A stretch of 64,000 nucleotides of DNA, taken from positions 1,728,001 through 1,792,000 of the forward strand of contig CAVSGO010000007.1 in NCBI GenBank assembly GCA_963727525.1. The letters run 5' to 3'. The DNA is from an uncultured bacterium (GTDB lineage Bacteria > Krumholzibacteriota > Krumholzibacteriia > LZORAL124-64-63). The notes under the pieces were generated by a model. It was not told where the DNA came from. It searched no databases and saw only the letters and a list, made by a program, of their open reading frames with translations. Shown here in pieces: positions 26,871 to 36,543 of the stretch (positions are counted from its first letter, which is position 1; every line of letters begins with the position of its first letter). Position numbers and translations under genes: made by a program.

Positions 26871-27995
26871 ATGCCACCGATCTATCTCGACACCAACGCC
26901 ACCACGCCCCTCGACCCGCGGGTGGCCGACGCGATGCGCCCCCACCTGAGCGAGATCTTCGGCAACCCGAGCAGTACGCACGCCTTCGGTGCGGCGGCGC
27001 GCGCGGCCGTCGACCGTGCCCGCGACCAGGTGGCCGCACTGCTCGGCGCAGCGCCCGACGAGATCGTCTTCACCAGCGGTGGCAGCGAGGCCAACAACCA
27101 CGCCATCAAGGGCGCCGCCTGGGCGCGGCGCGACCGCGGCCGCCACCTCGTGATCTCCGCGGTCGAGCATCCCGCCGTGGCCGAGGTGGCCGCCTGGCTC
27201 GAGCAGGAGGGCTGGCGCGTCAGCCGCCTGCCGGTGGATGGCAAGGGACGGGTGGACCCTGCCGATCTGGCGGGTGTCATCGACCACACCACCGTGCTCG
27301 TGAGCGTGATGCACGCCAACAACGAGGTGGGCACGCTGCAACCCATCCGCGAGCTGGCCGCCATCGCGCATGACCATGGGGCGTGGCTGCACACCGATGC
27401 CGCGCAGTCGGTGGGCAAGGTGCCGGTGAACGTGCACGATCTGGGCGTGGACCTGCTCACGGTGGCTGGCCACAAGCTGTACGCGCCCAAGGGCGTGGGT
27501 GCGCTCTTCGTGCGCCGCGGCCTCACGCTCACGCCGCTGATCCACGGCGCCGGCCACGAGGGCGGCCGCCGCGCGGGCACGGAGAACGTGCTCGCCGAGG
27601 TGGGCCTGGGCGAGGCCTGCGCCCTCGCGGCATCCGCGTTGCCGGCGACGACGGCGCGGCTCGCCGCCTTGCGCGATCGGCTACAGGCCGGACTCCTGGC
27701 CGCGTGTCCGCAGGCCGTCGTGCATGGTGATCCGGCGCACCGATTGCCCAACACGCTGAGCATCGCCTTTCCGGACAAGCGCGCCGACGTGATCCTCGCC
27801 GCCGTGAGCGACCGGGTGGCGGCCTCGGCGGGTTCGGCCTGTCACGAAGGGTGCGACGTCATCAGCGGGGTGCTCGCCGCCATGAGCGTGCCCCCGGCTC
27901 TCGCCAGGGGTACGTTGCGGCTCTCGGTGGGGCGCTTCACGACGGAGGCGGAGATCGACGCCGCCGTCGCCACCCTCGCGGGCGCCCTGGGCTAG
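26871..27995 (+). CDS. Cysteine desulfurase (NifS/IscS-type, PLP)
   Basis: IYLDTNATTP, GNPSS, HANNEVG, HTDAAQ, GHKLYAPKG, SAGSAC; AAGGAG RBS. Confidence 0.92.
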   Translation: MPPIYLDTNATTPLDPRVADAMRPHLSEIFGNPSSTHAFGAAARAAVDRARDQVAALLGAAPDEIVFTSGGSEANNHAIKGAAWARRDRGRHLVISAVEHPAVAEVAAWLEQEGWRVSRLPVDGKGRVDPADLAGVIDHTTVLVSVMHANNEVGTLQPIRELAAIAHDHGAWLHTDAAQSVGKVPVNVHDLGVDLLTVAGHKLYAPKGVGALFVRRGLTLTPLIHGAGHEGGRRAGTENVLAEVGLGEACALAASALPATTARLAALRDRLQAGLLAACPQAVVHGDPAHRLPNTLSIAFPDKRADVILAAVSDRVAASAGSACHEGCDVISGVLAAMSVPPALARGTLRLSVGRFTTEAEIDAAVATLAGALG

Positions 27996-28699
27996 AACCT
28001 GCCGAGAGACACACCGGCGCGCACGGCGATGTGATCCCAGTTGTACTTGGTGCCGCCCGACTCGGAGGGCAGGTTCTCGCTCTTCGTGCGGTTGAAGTCG
28101 TAGTAGCCGCCCAGCTCCACGGGCCCCAGGCGCAGCCCGCCGCCGGCCTCGAAGCCGATATTGTTCGACGACGTCTTGAAGTCCGCGAAGCCCGACAACT
28201 CGTCGCGATAGCGGTTGTGGTAGAGGCCAACCCCCGCGCTGAGGAATGCCTGGATCTGCGCGTCTGGCTCGCCGAAGAACCGTTGCAGATCGATCCCGTA
28301 GCGAAACGTCTGCGTGTCGATCTTGAATCCGTGCTCGGTGCCGTCGACGTCGGTGACTCCCTCGAAGTTGCCGAAGTTCGCGTAGTGGATGGCCGGGCTC
28401 ACGGCGGTGTGCGGATCGAGGTAGTAGCGATAGCGCACGCCGAACGCGTAACCCGTGTCCGCCCCGAGCCCCTTGTCGGTGCCGAAGAAGTCGTCGCCGA
28501 GATCACCTTCGGGGATCACGGCTCCGACCTCGCCCACGAACTCGTTGCGCAGGTCCCACGGCGTCGTGGACACGTATTGCCCGTGTCGATCGCGCTGGTA
28601 GGGTCGGGCCGCGCTGGCCTGACACGGCAGGCCGAGGTCGAGAAGTTGCAGCCCCAGGAGCACCATCAGGATCGCGAGAAGTCGTCCACCGGTTCGCAT
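27992..28699 (-). CDS. Outer membrane beta-barrel protein
   Basis: AAGGAGG RBS, signal peptide, alternating aromatic beta-strands, C-terminal Phe. Confidence 0.75.
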   Translation of the reverse strand: MRTGGRLLAILMVLLGLQLLDLGLPCQASAARPYQRDRHGQYVSTTPWDLRNEFVGEVGAVIPEGDLGDDFFGTDKGLGADTGYAFGVRYRYYLDPHTAVSPAIHYANFGNFEGVTDVDGTEHGFKIDTQTFRYGIDLQRFFGEPDAQIQAFLSAGVGLYHNRYRDELSGFADFKTSSNNIGFEAGGGLRLGPVELGGYYDFNRTKSENLPSESGGTKYNWDHIAVRAGVSLGRF

Positions 28700-28869
28700 G
28701 ACTTGCCTCCTTGTCGGGTCCCGGCTGCGGCATGCATGCGCGGTGCCCATATCCGCTGGTTCTCTCTAACTTGCTCTCCACCCTAGCGTTATCGGCGCCA
28801 TCCGGCCACCCCTGGGCCGTGGCCGCAGTGTCCCGTCCGGGACAGCGGTGTCCTGCAAAGGAGACGCCG

Positions 28870-31455
28870 TCAGCGGTCGAGGATGGCGCGCACCCGCGTG
28901 AGCAACTCATGCGCCCGGAAGGGCTTCTGCAGCAAGTCCCCTGTCACCTTGAACATGTACTCCGACTCGAGCACGCTGGCGGGATGGCCGCTGCAGAACA
29001 GTACCGGCACCGCGGGCTTCAGCTCGCGAATGTTCTCGAAGAGCGCGCGGCCATCCATGCGCGGCATGACCACGTCGAGCATCAACAGCTTCACCTCGGC
29101 GGCGTGCGCCATGAACAGCTCGAGAGCATCCTCGCCGTCGCGGGCCGCGATCACCTCGTAACCCGCATCCTCGAGCATGTGAGTGGTGAGGTGTCGGATC
29201 AGATCGTCGTCGTCCACGAGCAGGATCAGCTCACCGTGCCCGCGCGGCCCGGAGGCGGTGCCGGTCACCGCGGGCTCGGCCACCGTCACCGCCATCACCG
29301 GCAGGTAGATCGTGAAAACGGTGCCGCGATCCAGCTCGCTCTCGAAGTCGATGTACCCCTGATGCTGCTTCATGATGGAGTACGCGGTGGCGAGCCCCAG
29401 GCCCGTGCCGTACCCGAACCCCTTGGTGGTGTAGAACGGTTCGTACACGTGGTCGCGCGCCGCGATGGGGATGCCGCACCCGTCGTCGCGGACGGACACG
29501 CGCACGTAGCGGCCGGGACGCGCCCAGGGGCGCGTGATGCGGAATGCCTGATCGATCTCGAAATTGGCGGTCTCGATCGTGACGGTGCCCTCGCCGGGCA
29601 ATGCGTCCCGGGCATTGAGCACCAGGTTCATCAGGACCTGTTCCATCTGGCGCGGATCGGCGTACACCGGTGCCAGGTCGGGCGTCTTGTGCACCTCGAC
29701 ACGGATGCCCGGCCCCAGCACCGAGGCGAGCAGGCGCACGAGTGCCGCCACGGCATGGTCGAGATCGACGACCTGAGGATTGATACTCTCGCGCCGACTA
29801 TACGTGAGGAGCTGTCGCACCAGCTCGATAGCGCTGCTGCTCGCCGCGCTGATATGCCCGATGGCCTCAGCGCCGGCACTGTCCTCATCAAAGGAGCGCT
29901 CGAGCAGCTCGGCGTAACCCTGGATCACCTGCAGCAGGTTGCTGAACTCGTGGGCCACGGCGCCGGCCAGCCGTCCCACGGCTTCCATCTTCTGCGCCTG
30001 GCGGAGCTGCACCTCCAGCTCGTGCCGCTGGGTGATGTCCTGCAGGAACGAGTAGATCTCCTGCTCGCCCGTCACCGGATTGGCCGCCAGGCTGGCCGAG
30101 ATGTCCGCCGCGAAGAGCGAGCCGTCGGCGCGGCGCAGCTCGCCTGTCATGCGAGTCCACCCCTCCGCCGAACCGAACAGGCGCTGGATCAACGCGTGGC
30201 GCTGCTGGCCATCGTTGTGCACGATCGCCACGCCGCCGGCGGCGTTCACTTCACGGGTCATGCTCTGCACATCGGCGTAGCCCAGCATCTCGGCCATGGC
30301 CGGGTTCGCGAAGCGCAGCCGGCCGTCGCGCGTCGTGATGGCGATGCCCAAATGGGCCGCCGCGAAGAGGTTGCGGTAGATCGCGTCGCTGTCGCGTAAG
30401 GCCGCCTCGGCCTGCTTGCGCTCGGTGATGTCCTCGGCTACGCCCACCACGAGCGGGCGCCCCTCCGCCGACGTGTCCACCAGCACCGTGCGCGCGTGCA
30501 GCCAGCGTACGTCGCCGTCGGGCCGCACGATGCGGAACTCGTGGTCCAGGGCGCTGAACCGTTCGATGGCAGCCTTGAGCGCACCGGCCAGGGTCTCGCG
30601 GTCCTCGTGGTGAGCCATGTCGAGCCACACGGTAAGGCCCTGCTGCATGATGACGTCGCGCGGCAATCCGGTCACCGATTCGAAGGCGGGATTGAGGTAG
30701 AGGATCTCGTCGCGCGAACGCAGCCACACGATCTCGCGCATGCCCTCGGTGATGTAGCGTAGGCGCTGCTCGCTCTCGTTCAGGGCGCGCGACGTCTCGC
30801 GCGACGCCGTCACATCGCGCGAGACGCAGACCACCTCGGGCTGACCCGGCACATCGGCCGACTCGCCCACGTGCGCCACCGTCTCCAGCCACACGATCTT
30901 GCCGTCGCCGCGCTGAATCTGTACATCGAGCCGGTCGGCGTCGCCCCGCGTCACGAGGTCGCGCCAGCGACGGGCCAGGTCGTCGGCACCGATCACCGCG
31001 AGCCCCGCCGTAGGTGTGCGCCGCCCCACCAGATCGGCCGGCGCCACGCCGAGCACCTCTCGGCAGGCCGGCGATGCGTAGAGCACGGTACCGTCGGCCG
31101 CGTGGCGCGAGAACAGGTCGCCCGCCGCCTCGAACTGCAGTAGCAGATGCTGCTGGCGCTCCCGCAAGCGCTCGAGCATCCGCACACGCCGGTGCATGTA
31201 CCACGCAAGCAGCACGCCGCCCGCGAGCCAAAGGGCGACGTACCCTGTACGCAGCGCCAGGTGCAGGGGCGGCACGTCGGTGATCAGGGCACCCATGAAG
31301 CTGAGCGACTCGTGGCCGGGCACGGCCACCTGGCACGTACGGCAACCCAGATAGAGGAAGAGCGCGTCGAGAACCCAGTGGGCCAACCCCAGGGCCAGGG
31401 CAACGGGCAGTACGCGACGCAGCAGGAGCTTCAAGACGTCGTCCTCACGATTCAT
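28870..31455 (-). CDS. Membrane-bound multi-PAS hybrid histidine kinase with receiver domain
   Basis: Two TM helices, three PAS/PAC units, H-box [30 protein letters not shown], receiver LLVDDD/LDVVMP/QKPF; start approximate. Confidence 0.92.
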   Translation of the reverse strand: MNREDDVLKLLLRRVLPVALALGLAHWVLDALFLYLGCRTCQVAVPGHESLSFMGALITDVPPLHLALRTGYVALWLAGGVLLAWYMHRRVRMLERLRERQQHLLLQFEAAGDLFSRHAADGTVLYASPACREVLGVAPADLVGRRTPTAGLAVIGADDLARRWRDLVTRGDADRLDVQIQRGDGKIVWLETVAHVGESADVPGQPEVVCVSRDVTASRETSRALNESEQRLRYITEGMREIVWLRSRDEILYLNPAFESVTGLPRDVIMQQGLTVWLDMAHHEDRETLAGALKAAIERFSALDHEFRIVRPDGDVRWLHARTVLVDTSAEGRPLVVGVAEDITERKQAEAALRDSDAIYRNLFAAAHLGIAITTRDGRLRFANPAMAEMLGYADVQSMTREVNAAGGVAIVHNDGQQRHALIQRLFGSAEGWTRMTGELRRADGSLFAADISASLAANPVTGEQEIYSFLQDITQRHELEVQLRQAQKMEAVGRLAGAVAHEFSNLLQVIQGYAELLERSFDEDSAGAEAIGHISAASSSAIELVRQLLTYSRRESINPQVVDLDHAVAALVRLLASVLGPGIRVEVHKTPDLAPVYADPRQMEQVLMNLVLNARDALPGEGTVTIETANFEIDQAFRITRPWARPGRYVRVSVRDDGCGIPIAARDHVYEPFYTTKGFGYGTGLGLATAYSIMKQHQGYIDFESELDRGTVFTIYLPVMAVTVAEPAVTGTASGPRGHGELILLVDDDDLIRHLTTHMLEDAGYEVIAARDGEDALELFMAHAAEVKLLMLDVVMPRMDGRALFENIRELKPAVPVLFCSGHPASVLESEYMFKVTGDLLQKPFRAHELLTRVRAILDR

Positions 31456-31639
31456 GGGGATCGGTCGGGCTCGCTTTCCCGGACAAAAACTGAATAGTCG
31501 ATTTCCCGGGAAACGCACCCCCATTCGTGGCCGGCAAGGCCTGCGTTGCTGCCCGTGGGCCCGATCTGGTATCCTTGGGAGGTCGCCATGCACCCGTCGC
31601 CGGCCGGCGCCGGTGACCCGCCCCGTCCGGGAGACCGCC

Positions 31640-34081
31640 ATGCGCCGAATCCTGACCGTCATCGTCCTGTTGCTCGCCGGCATCGCCGCCGCCACCCCGG
31701 CAGCCGACCGCAGCCTCGTGCTCGTGCGCACCGACGAGGGGGGTGGCCGGGCCGTCACCAGCAAGGGCCTCATGCTGGTGGCCCCGGTGCCCGGCGGCTA
31801 CCTGGCGCTCCTCGGCGCCGACGAGAGGGCGCACCTCGACGGCTGGGGAGTCGCCCATACGGTGGTCGCCGCGCACGACGATCCCGCCGACGCGTATATC
31901 GTGCAGTACGACGCGGCCAACGACCACGGCCCGTCACTGCCGCCGACCGCGACGACGCTCTTCACCGGCGAGGGCTACCGCATTGTGCGGCTGCCCGCTG
32001 GCGACGTCGCCGGGCTCATGTGCGTCCCGCACCTCCAGCGCGTATTCCGGCGGCCGCTGCGCTTCGTGAGCAAGGCGTGGCAAGAGCCGGCTCTGCCCAG
32101 CGAACCGGATGCCGACATCGCTGCCATCGTCGCCGCCGTCGAGCAGGCCTCGTTGCAGAGCACCGTGCAGACGCTGCAGGATTTCGGCACCCGCCACAGC
32201 CAGTCCGCCGGCGGCCTGCAGGCCTCGTACTGGATCCGCGATCAGTTCCTGAGCTATGGCTACGCCGACGTCGTACTGGACGACTACAATAGCTGGAACG
32301 ACAACGTCGTCTGCACCAAGACCGGCGCCGTGCATCCCGACCGCATCATCGTGATCGGCGCGCACTACGACTCGATCAACCCCAGCAATAACAACGACGC
32401 CCCCGGCGCCGACGACAACGCCACCGGCTCCACCTGCGTGCTCACCGCTGCGCGCCTCTTCGCCGACCACGAGTTCGAGAACACCATCGTGTTCATCACC
32501 TTCAGCGGCGAGGAGGAGGGACTCTACGGCAGCGAGGCCTGGGCGAACGAGGCGGCCGCCCAGGGCCTGGACATCGTCGCCATGGTGAATCTCGACATGC
32601 TGGCCTACCGCGCCGCGGGCGACGCGGCCGACTGCGACGTCGTCGTCAACACTGCCAGTCAACCGCTGCGCGAGGTCACGTACGACTGCGCAGCCACCTA
32701 CGTGCCCGGTTTCGCTCTCGTGGATGGCAGCCTGCCCCTGGGCGCGAGCAGCGACCACGCCTCGTTCTGGGCCGCTGGCTTCCGCGCCGTGATGCTCTTC
32801 GAGGACACGGGCCAGTACAGTCCCTACATCCACACCGCGAACGATGTCATCGGCACCAGCGCCAACGACTTCGCCTTCATGGCCCAGAACGTGAAGGTGG
32901 CGCTGGCCACCACCGCGGCCCTGGCGCGGCCCTTCCGCGTGGCCATCGTGCACACGCCGCTCGTGCATCAGGAAGGCCTCGGTCCGTTCCCCGTCACCGC
33001 ACAGGTGCTCGCCGCGTCGGCCGTGGATCCCGGCAGTGTGCAGCTCCATGTGCGCGTGGACGGCGGCGCGTTCGCCACCACGGCCATGGCGCCCACCGGC
33101 CAACCCGACGAGTACACCGCCGCCATCGCCACCCAGCCCGCCGGCTCGGAGGTGGAGTACTATCTCACAGCCGGCGACGACGGCGGCCACACCGCCAGCA
33201 GTCCCGACGGCGCGCCGGCCGCCACATATGCCTTTCGCACGGGCGTCGACCACGTGCTCGTCGACGACGCCGAGGCCGATCAGGGCTGGAGCTTCCAGGC
33301 CCCAGGCGATTTCGCGGGCACCGGCATCTGGGTACGCGCCGATCCCGTGGGGACGGCATACCAGCCCGAGGCCGATCACACGCCCGATCCCGGCCACATC
33401 TGCTTCGTCACCGGCAACGGCGTACCCGGCGGCGCCAACGGCGATCAGGACGTCGACGGTGGCGCCACCACTCTCACGTCGCCCGTCTTCGACCTCGCCG
33501 GCGTCACCTGGGCCGAGATCTCTTACTGGCGCTGGTACGTCGACGAGACCAGCCACGACGACGACTTCGTCGTCAACATCTCCAGCGACGGCGGCGTCAC
33601 CTGGACCAACCTCGAGACCGTGACCGACACCGCCATGCCCTGGGTCCATGCGGCCTTCACCCTCCCCCAGGGCTCCATCGCCCTCACCGATCAGATGCGC
33701 CTGCGCTTCGTCGCGAGCGACGAGGCAGGCGCCAGCCTGGTCGAAGCCCTCGTCGACGACGTGATGATCGTGGCCACTCGCGCCGGCGGCCCCACGGCGA
33801 CCGGCGACACGCCCGCGGTCGCCGCGAGCCTGGGCGCCTACCCCAACCCCTTCAATCCGCGTACCACGTTCGCTTATACGTTGCCGCGTTCGGGCGACGT
33901 GACGCTGCGCATCCTCGACGCCGGCGGCCGCGAGGTGGCGCGTCCGATCGCGAGCCCCCAACCGGCCGGCCCCGGTGCGTATGCCTGGGACGCAGGGCAA
34001 CTGCCCAGCGGCGTCTACCTGGCGCGTCTGGAGCTGGACGGCCGCGTGCTCGTGAGCCGGAAGCTGACCCTGGTAAGGTGA
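31640..34081 (+). CDS. Secreted M28 family metallopeptidase with accessory beta domains and T9SS/FlgD-like C-terminal domain
   Basis: GAHYDS, GADDNATG, GEEEGLYGS, NLDM, SSDH, IHT; C-terminal YPNPFNPRTT...SGVYLARL. Confidence 0.9.
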   Translation: MRRILTVIVLLLAGIAAATPAADRSLVLVRTDEGGGRAVTSKGLMLVAPVPGGYLALLGADERAHLDGWGVAHTVVAAHDDPADAYIVQYDAANDHGPSLPPTATTLFTGEGYRIVRLPAGDVAGLMCVPHLQRVFRRPLRFVSKAWQEPALPSEPDADIAAIVAAVEQASLQSTVQTLQDFGTRHSQSAGGLQASYWIRDQFLSYGYADVVLDDYNSWNDNVVCTKTGAVHPDRIIVIGAHYDSINPSNNNDAPGADDNATGSTCVLTAARLFADHEFENTIVFITFSGEEEGLYGSEAWANEAAAQGLDIVAMVNLDMLAYRAAGDAADCDVVVNTASQPLREVTYDCAATYVPGFALVDGSLPLGASSDHASFWAAGFRAVMLFEDTGQYSPYIHTANDVIGTSANDFAFMAQNVKVALATTAALARPFRVAIVHTPLVHQEGLGPFPVTAQVLAASAVDPGSVQLHVRVDGGAFATTAMAPTGQPDEYTAAIATQPAGSEVEYYLTAGDDGGHTASSPDGAPAATYAFRTGVDHVLVDDAEADQGWSFQAPGDFAGTGIWVRADPVGTAYQPEADHTPDPGHICFVTGNGVPGGANGDQDVDGGATTLTSPVFDLAGVTWAEISYWRWYVDETSHDDDFVVNISSDGGVTWTNLETVTDTAMPWVHAAFTLPQGSIALTDQMRLRFVASDEAGASLVEALVDDVMIVATRAGGPTATGDTPAVAASLGAYPNPFNPRTTFAYTLPRSGDVTLRILDAGGREVARPIASPQPAGPGAYAWDAGQLPSGVYLARLELDGRVLVSRKLTLVR

Positions 34082-34256
34082 TCAATCAGGCGGCTCCGGC
34101 GCCTCGCGTGAAACCGGAGCCACCACGCACAATCTCTTGTATCATTGCTGCTTGCCGCATCGACACCACCACGAAACCAGCGGCACCGGGTCCGACGTAT
34201 ACAACCTTTTCGCGAGCGTTCAAACCTCTGCCCCCCGGCCGCCGTCCAAAGGGAGC

Positions 34257-34889
34257 ATGACGATCATGGACCCCGTTCCCGAGACCTTTCCCGAGGATCC
34301 GACGATGCAAGCGCAGGCAGCCCTCCAGCCTCTCACCGCCGGCCCCGACGCGCGCGTCCACGACGACGTGCTCGTGACGGCCGCACGGCGGGGCGAGCAG
34401 GCGGCCTTCGAAGCACTCTACCGCCGGCACGCCGCCACCACGTATGGGCTGTGTCTGCGGCTGGTGGCCGACGCCACGCTTGCCGAGCAGCTCACACAGG
34501 ACGCCTTCGTGCGCGCCTGGCAGCGGCTCGGCAGCTTTCGCCAGGAGGCCCGCTTCGCCACCTGGCTGCACCGGCTCACCGTGAACGTCGTGCTCGACTG
34601 GCGCCGCCAGCGCGATCGCCGGGGCCGGCGCGAGGTCGCCGCAGACGACGCCGGGGGGCTCGACACTGCCGCGACCGCCCACCCGGCCCCGCCGCCCGCC
34701 GTGGCCGAACGCCTCGACCTCGAACGTGCCATTGCACGCCTGCCCGAGGGCGCGCGCACCATCTTCGTGCTACACGACGTGCAGGGTTTTCCGCTCAAGG
34801 AGATCGCTGCCTTGCAGGGTATTGCCGAGGGCACCGTCAAGGCCCAGCTCTTCCGCGCACGTCGCCTGCTACGGGAGGCACTGAAATGA
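34257..34889 (+). CDS. ECF RNA polymerase sigma factor
   Basis: AFEALYRRH, LTQDAFVRAW, FATWLHRL, region 4 EIAALQGIAEGTVKAQLFRAR; start uncertain (34257 or 34305). Confidence 0.9.
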   Translation: MTIMDPVPETFPEDPTMQAQAALQPLTAGPDARVHDDVLVTAARRGEQAAFEALYRRHAATTYGLCLRLVADATLAEQLTQDAFVRAWQRLGSFRQEARFATWLHRLTVNVVLDWRRQRDRRGRREVAADDAGGLDTAATAHPAPPPAVAERLDLERAIARLPEGARTIFVLHDVQGFPLKEIAALQGIAEGTVKAQLFRARRLLREALK

Positions 34890-35530
34890 CGTCCTGCGAG
34901 CACATCCGCTCGTTGCTGAACGACGAGATCGACGGCCGACTCGATGCCGCCGCCCACGCCCAGGTAGCCGCCCACCTCGCCACCTGCGCCGACTGCCTGG
35001 CCGAGCGCAACGCGCTGGCCTCGCTGGTGGGGTCGGCCCGCGAGCTACCCGGCGGCATCGAACCACCGCATGACCTATGGCCGCGCATCGCCGATCGCCT
35101 CGAGGCGCCGTCGGCGTTGTCCGGGCTGGCCGCGAGGTCGGCCTGGCGCGCACGGACCGCATACCTGCCGCAGGCGGCGATGGCCGTGGCGGCCTGCCTC
35201 GCGCTCGTGCTACTGTGGCCATCGCGGTCTCCGCACGAACATGCCGGCGACAGCCCCATCCCGAACGACCTCGTGACCCTCGACACCACTTACGAACACG
35301 TGCGCGCCAGCCTCGACAAGATGCTCGTCGCCGGCTGCGACCGGCTATCCGACCCCACCTGCTCCGACCTGAAATCAAGCGTGCAGACCCTCGACGAGTC
35401 GGCCGCCGCCGCGCATGACGCCCTGAGCCAGGCGGGCGGATCGCCTCGCGAGACCATGCTCCTGATCAACACGTACCAGCTCACGATCGACCGCGCCCGC
35501 GGTCTGGCCAGCCGGCTTGCCCGGATCTGA
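34886..35530 (+). CDS. Zinc-binding (zf-HC2) anti-sigma factor
   Basis: HLATCADC (HxxxCxxC), one TM helix, ATGA overlap with the sigma gene. Confidence 0.88.
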   Translation: MTSCEHIRSLLNDEIDGRLDAAAHAQVAAHLATCADCLAERNALASLVGSARELPGGIEPPHDLWPRIADRLEAPSALSGLAARSAWRARTAYLPQAAMAVAACLALVLLWPSRSPHEHAGDSPIPNDLVTLDTTYEHVRASLDKMLVAGCDRLSDPTCSDLKSSVQTLDESAAAAHDALSQAGGSPRETMLLINTYQLTIDRARGLASRLARI

Positions 35531-35544
35531 CGAGGAGGCCCATC

Positions 35545-36459
35545 ATGTCGTCCCTGCACCGTAACCGCACCCTACAGTTCGCCGCCGTTCTGGTGGCCGC
35601 CGCATGCGCTGCGCTCCCCACCCTCGCAGCCGACCGCAACGTGAACGAGACCCGCAAGGTCGACGCCGACGCCCGCATCACCATCGAGAACATGGCCGGC
35701 GAGGTGGAGGTGACCGGCTGGGACAGGAAAGAGGTGTCGATCACCGGCACCCTCGATCCCAAGGCCGACGAGCTATCCATCGAGGGCGGCGGCAAGTCGC
35801 TGCACATCGAGGTCAAGTACCCGCACAAGCGCAATCTGAACATCGACGAAGGCAGCCACCTCACGCTCAAGGTGCCGCAGGGCTGCGAGCTGCGCGTGGA
35901 GACGGTGTCGGCCGACGTGAAGGTGTCCGACCTCACCGGCGACGTGCGTCTGGCCTCCGTGAGCGGTGACATCGATGCCCAGGGCAAGTTCGCCGATCTG
36001 AACATCGAGACCGTGAGCGGCGACCTCGACGTCGAGGCCACAGCGAAGCGCTGCACCTTCTCCACGGTGAGCGGCGAGATCGACGCCCGCGGCCTCGGCC
36101 GCGAGGTGACCACCTCCAGTGTGAGCGGCGACGTCACCCTGGAGGCCGGCGATCTCGTCACCGAGTTGCGCGTGGAAACCGTGTCGGGCGAGGTCGAGGT
36201 GCAGGCCTCCCCCGCGAAGGATGCCGACTGGAAGGTGTCGAGCCAGTCCGGCGACGTCGACCTCTGGCTGTCCGCGAAGGTCGACGCCGAGTTCGACATC
36301 GAGACCTTCTCCGGCGACATCCGTGATGGTTTCGGCCACGAGGCCGAACGCACCTCCCGCTTCGCTCCCGGCCAGGAGCTCAAGTTCACCCAGGGCAGCG
36401 GCGGCGCCGAGATCACGGTGAACGCGTTCAGCGGCGATGTGACGATCAGGCGGAAGTAG
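35545..36459 (+). CDS. DUF4097 beta-strand repeat protein
   Basis: Signal peptide, repeated TVSGD/SVSGD motifs; typical third gene of ECF/anti-sigma operons. Confidence 0.88.
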   Translation: MSSLHRNRTLQFAAVLVAAACAALPTLAADRNVNETRKVDADARITIENMAGEVEVTGWDRKEVSITGTLDPKADELSIEGGGKSLHIEVKYPHKRNLNIDEGSHLTLKVPQGCELRVETVSADVKVSDLTGDVRLASVSGDIDAQGKFADLNIETVSGDLDVEATAKRCTFSTVSGEIDARGLGREVTTSSVSGDVTLEAGDLVTELRVETVSGEVEVQASPAKDADWKVSSQSGDVDLWLSAKVDAEFDIETFSGDIRDGFGHEAERTSRFAPGQELKFTQGSGGAEITVNAFSGDVTIRRK

Positions 36460-36543
36460 GCGCAAAGTCAATGGCAACGCGGCCGCGGTACCGGGGCGTC
36501 CGGACTCCGCGACCGCGATGCCGTGCTGATTCCCGACGTGATA

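Noticed and set aside
34172-34200. ECF autoregulatory promoter GAAAC...CGTA
   Set aside because: The spacer is 17-18 bp rather than the usual 16; too weak to call.
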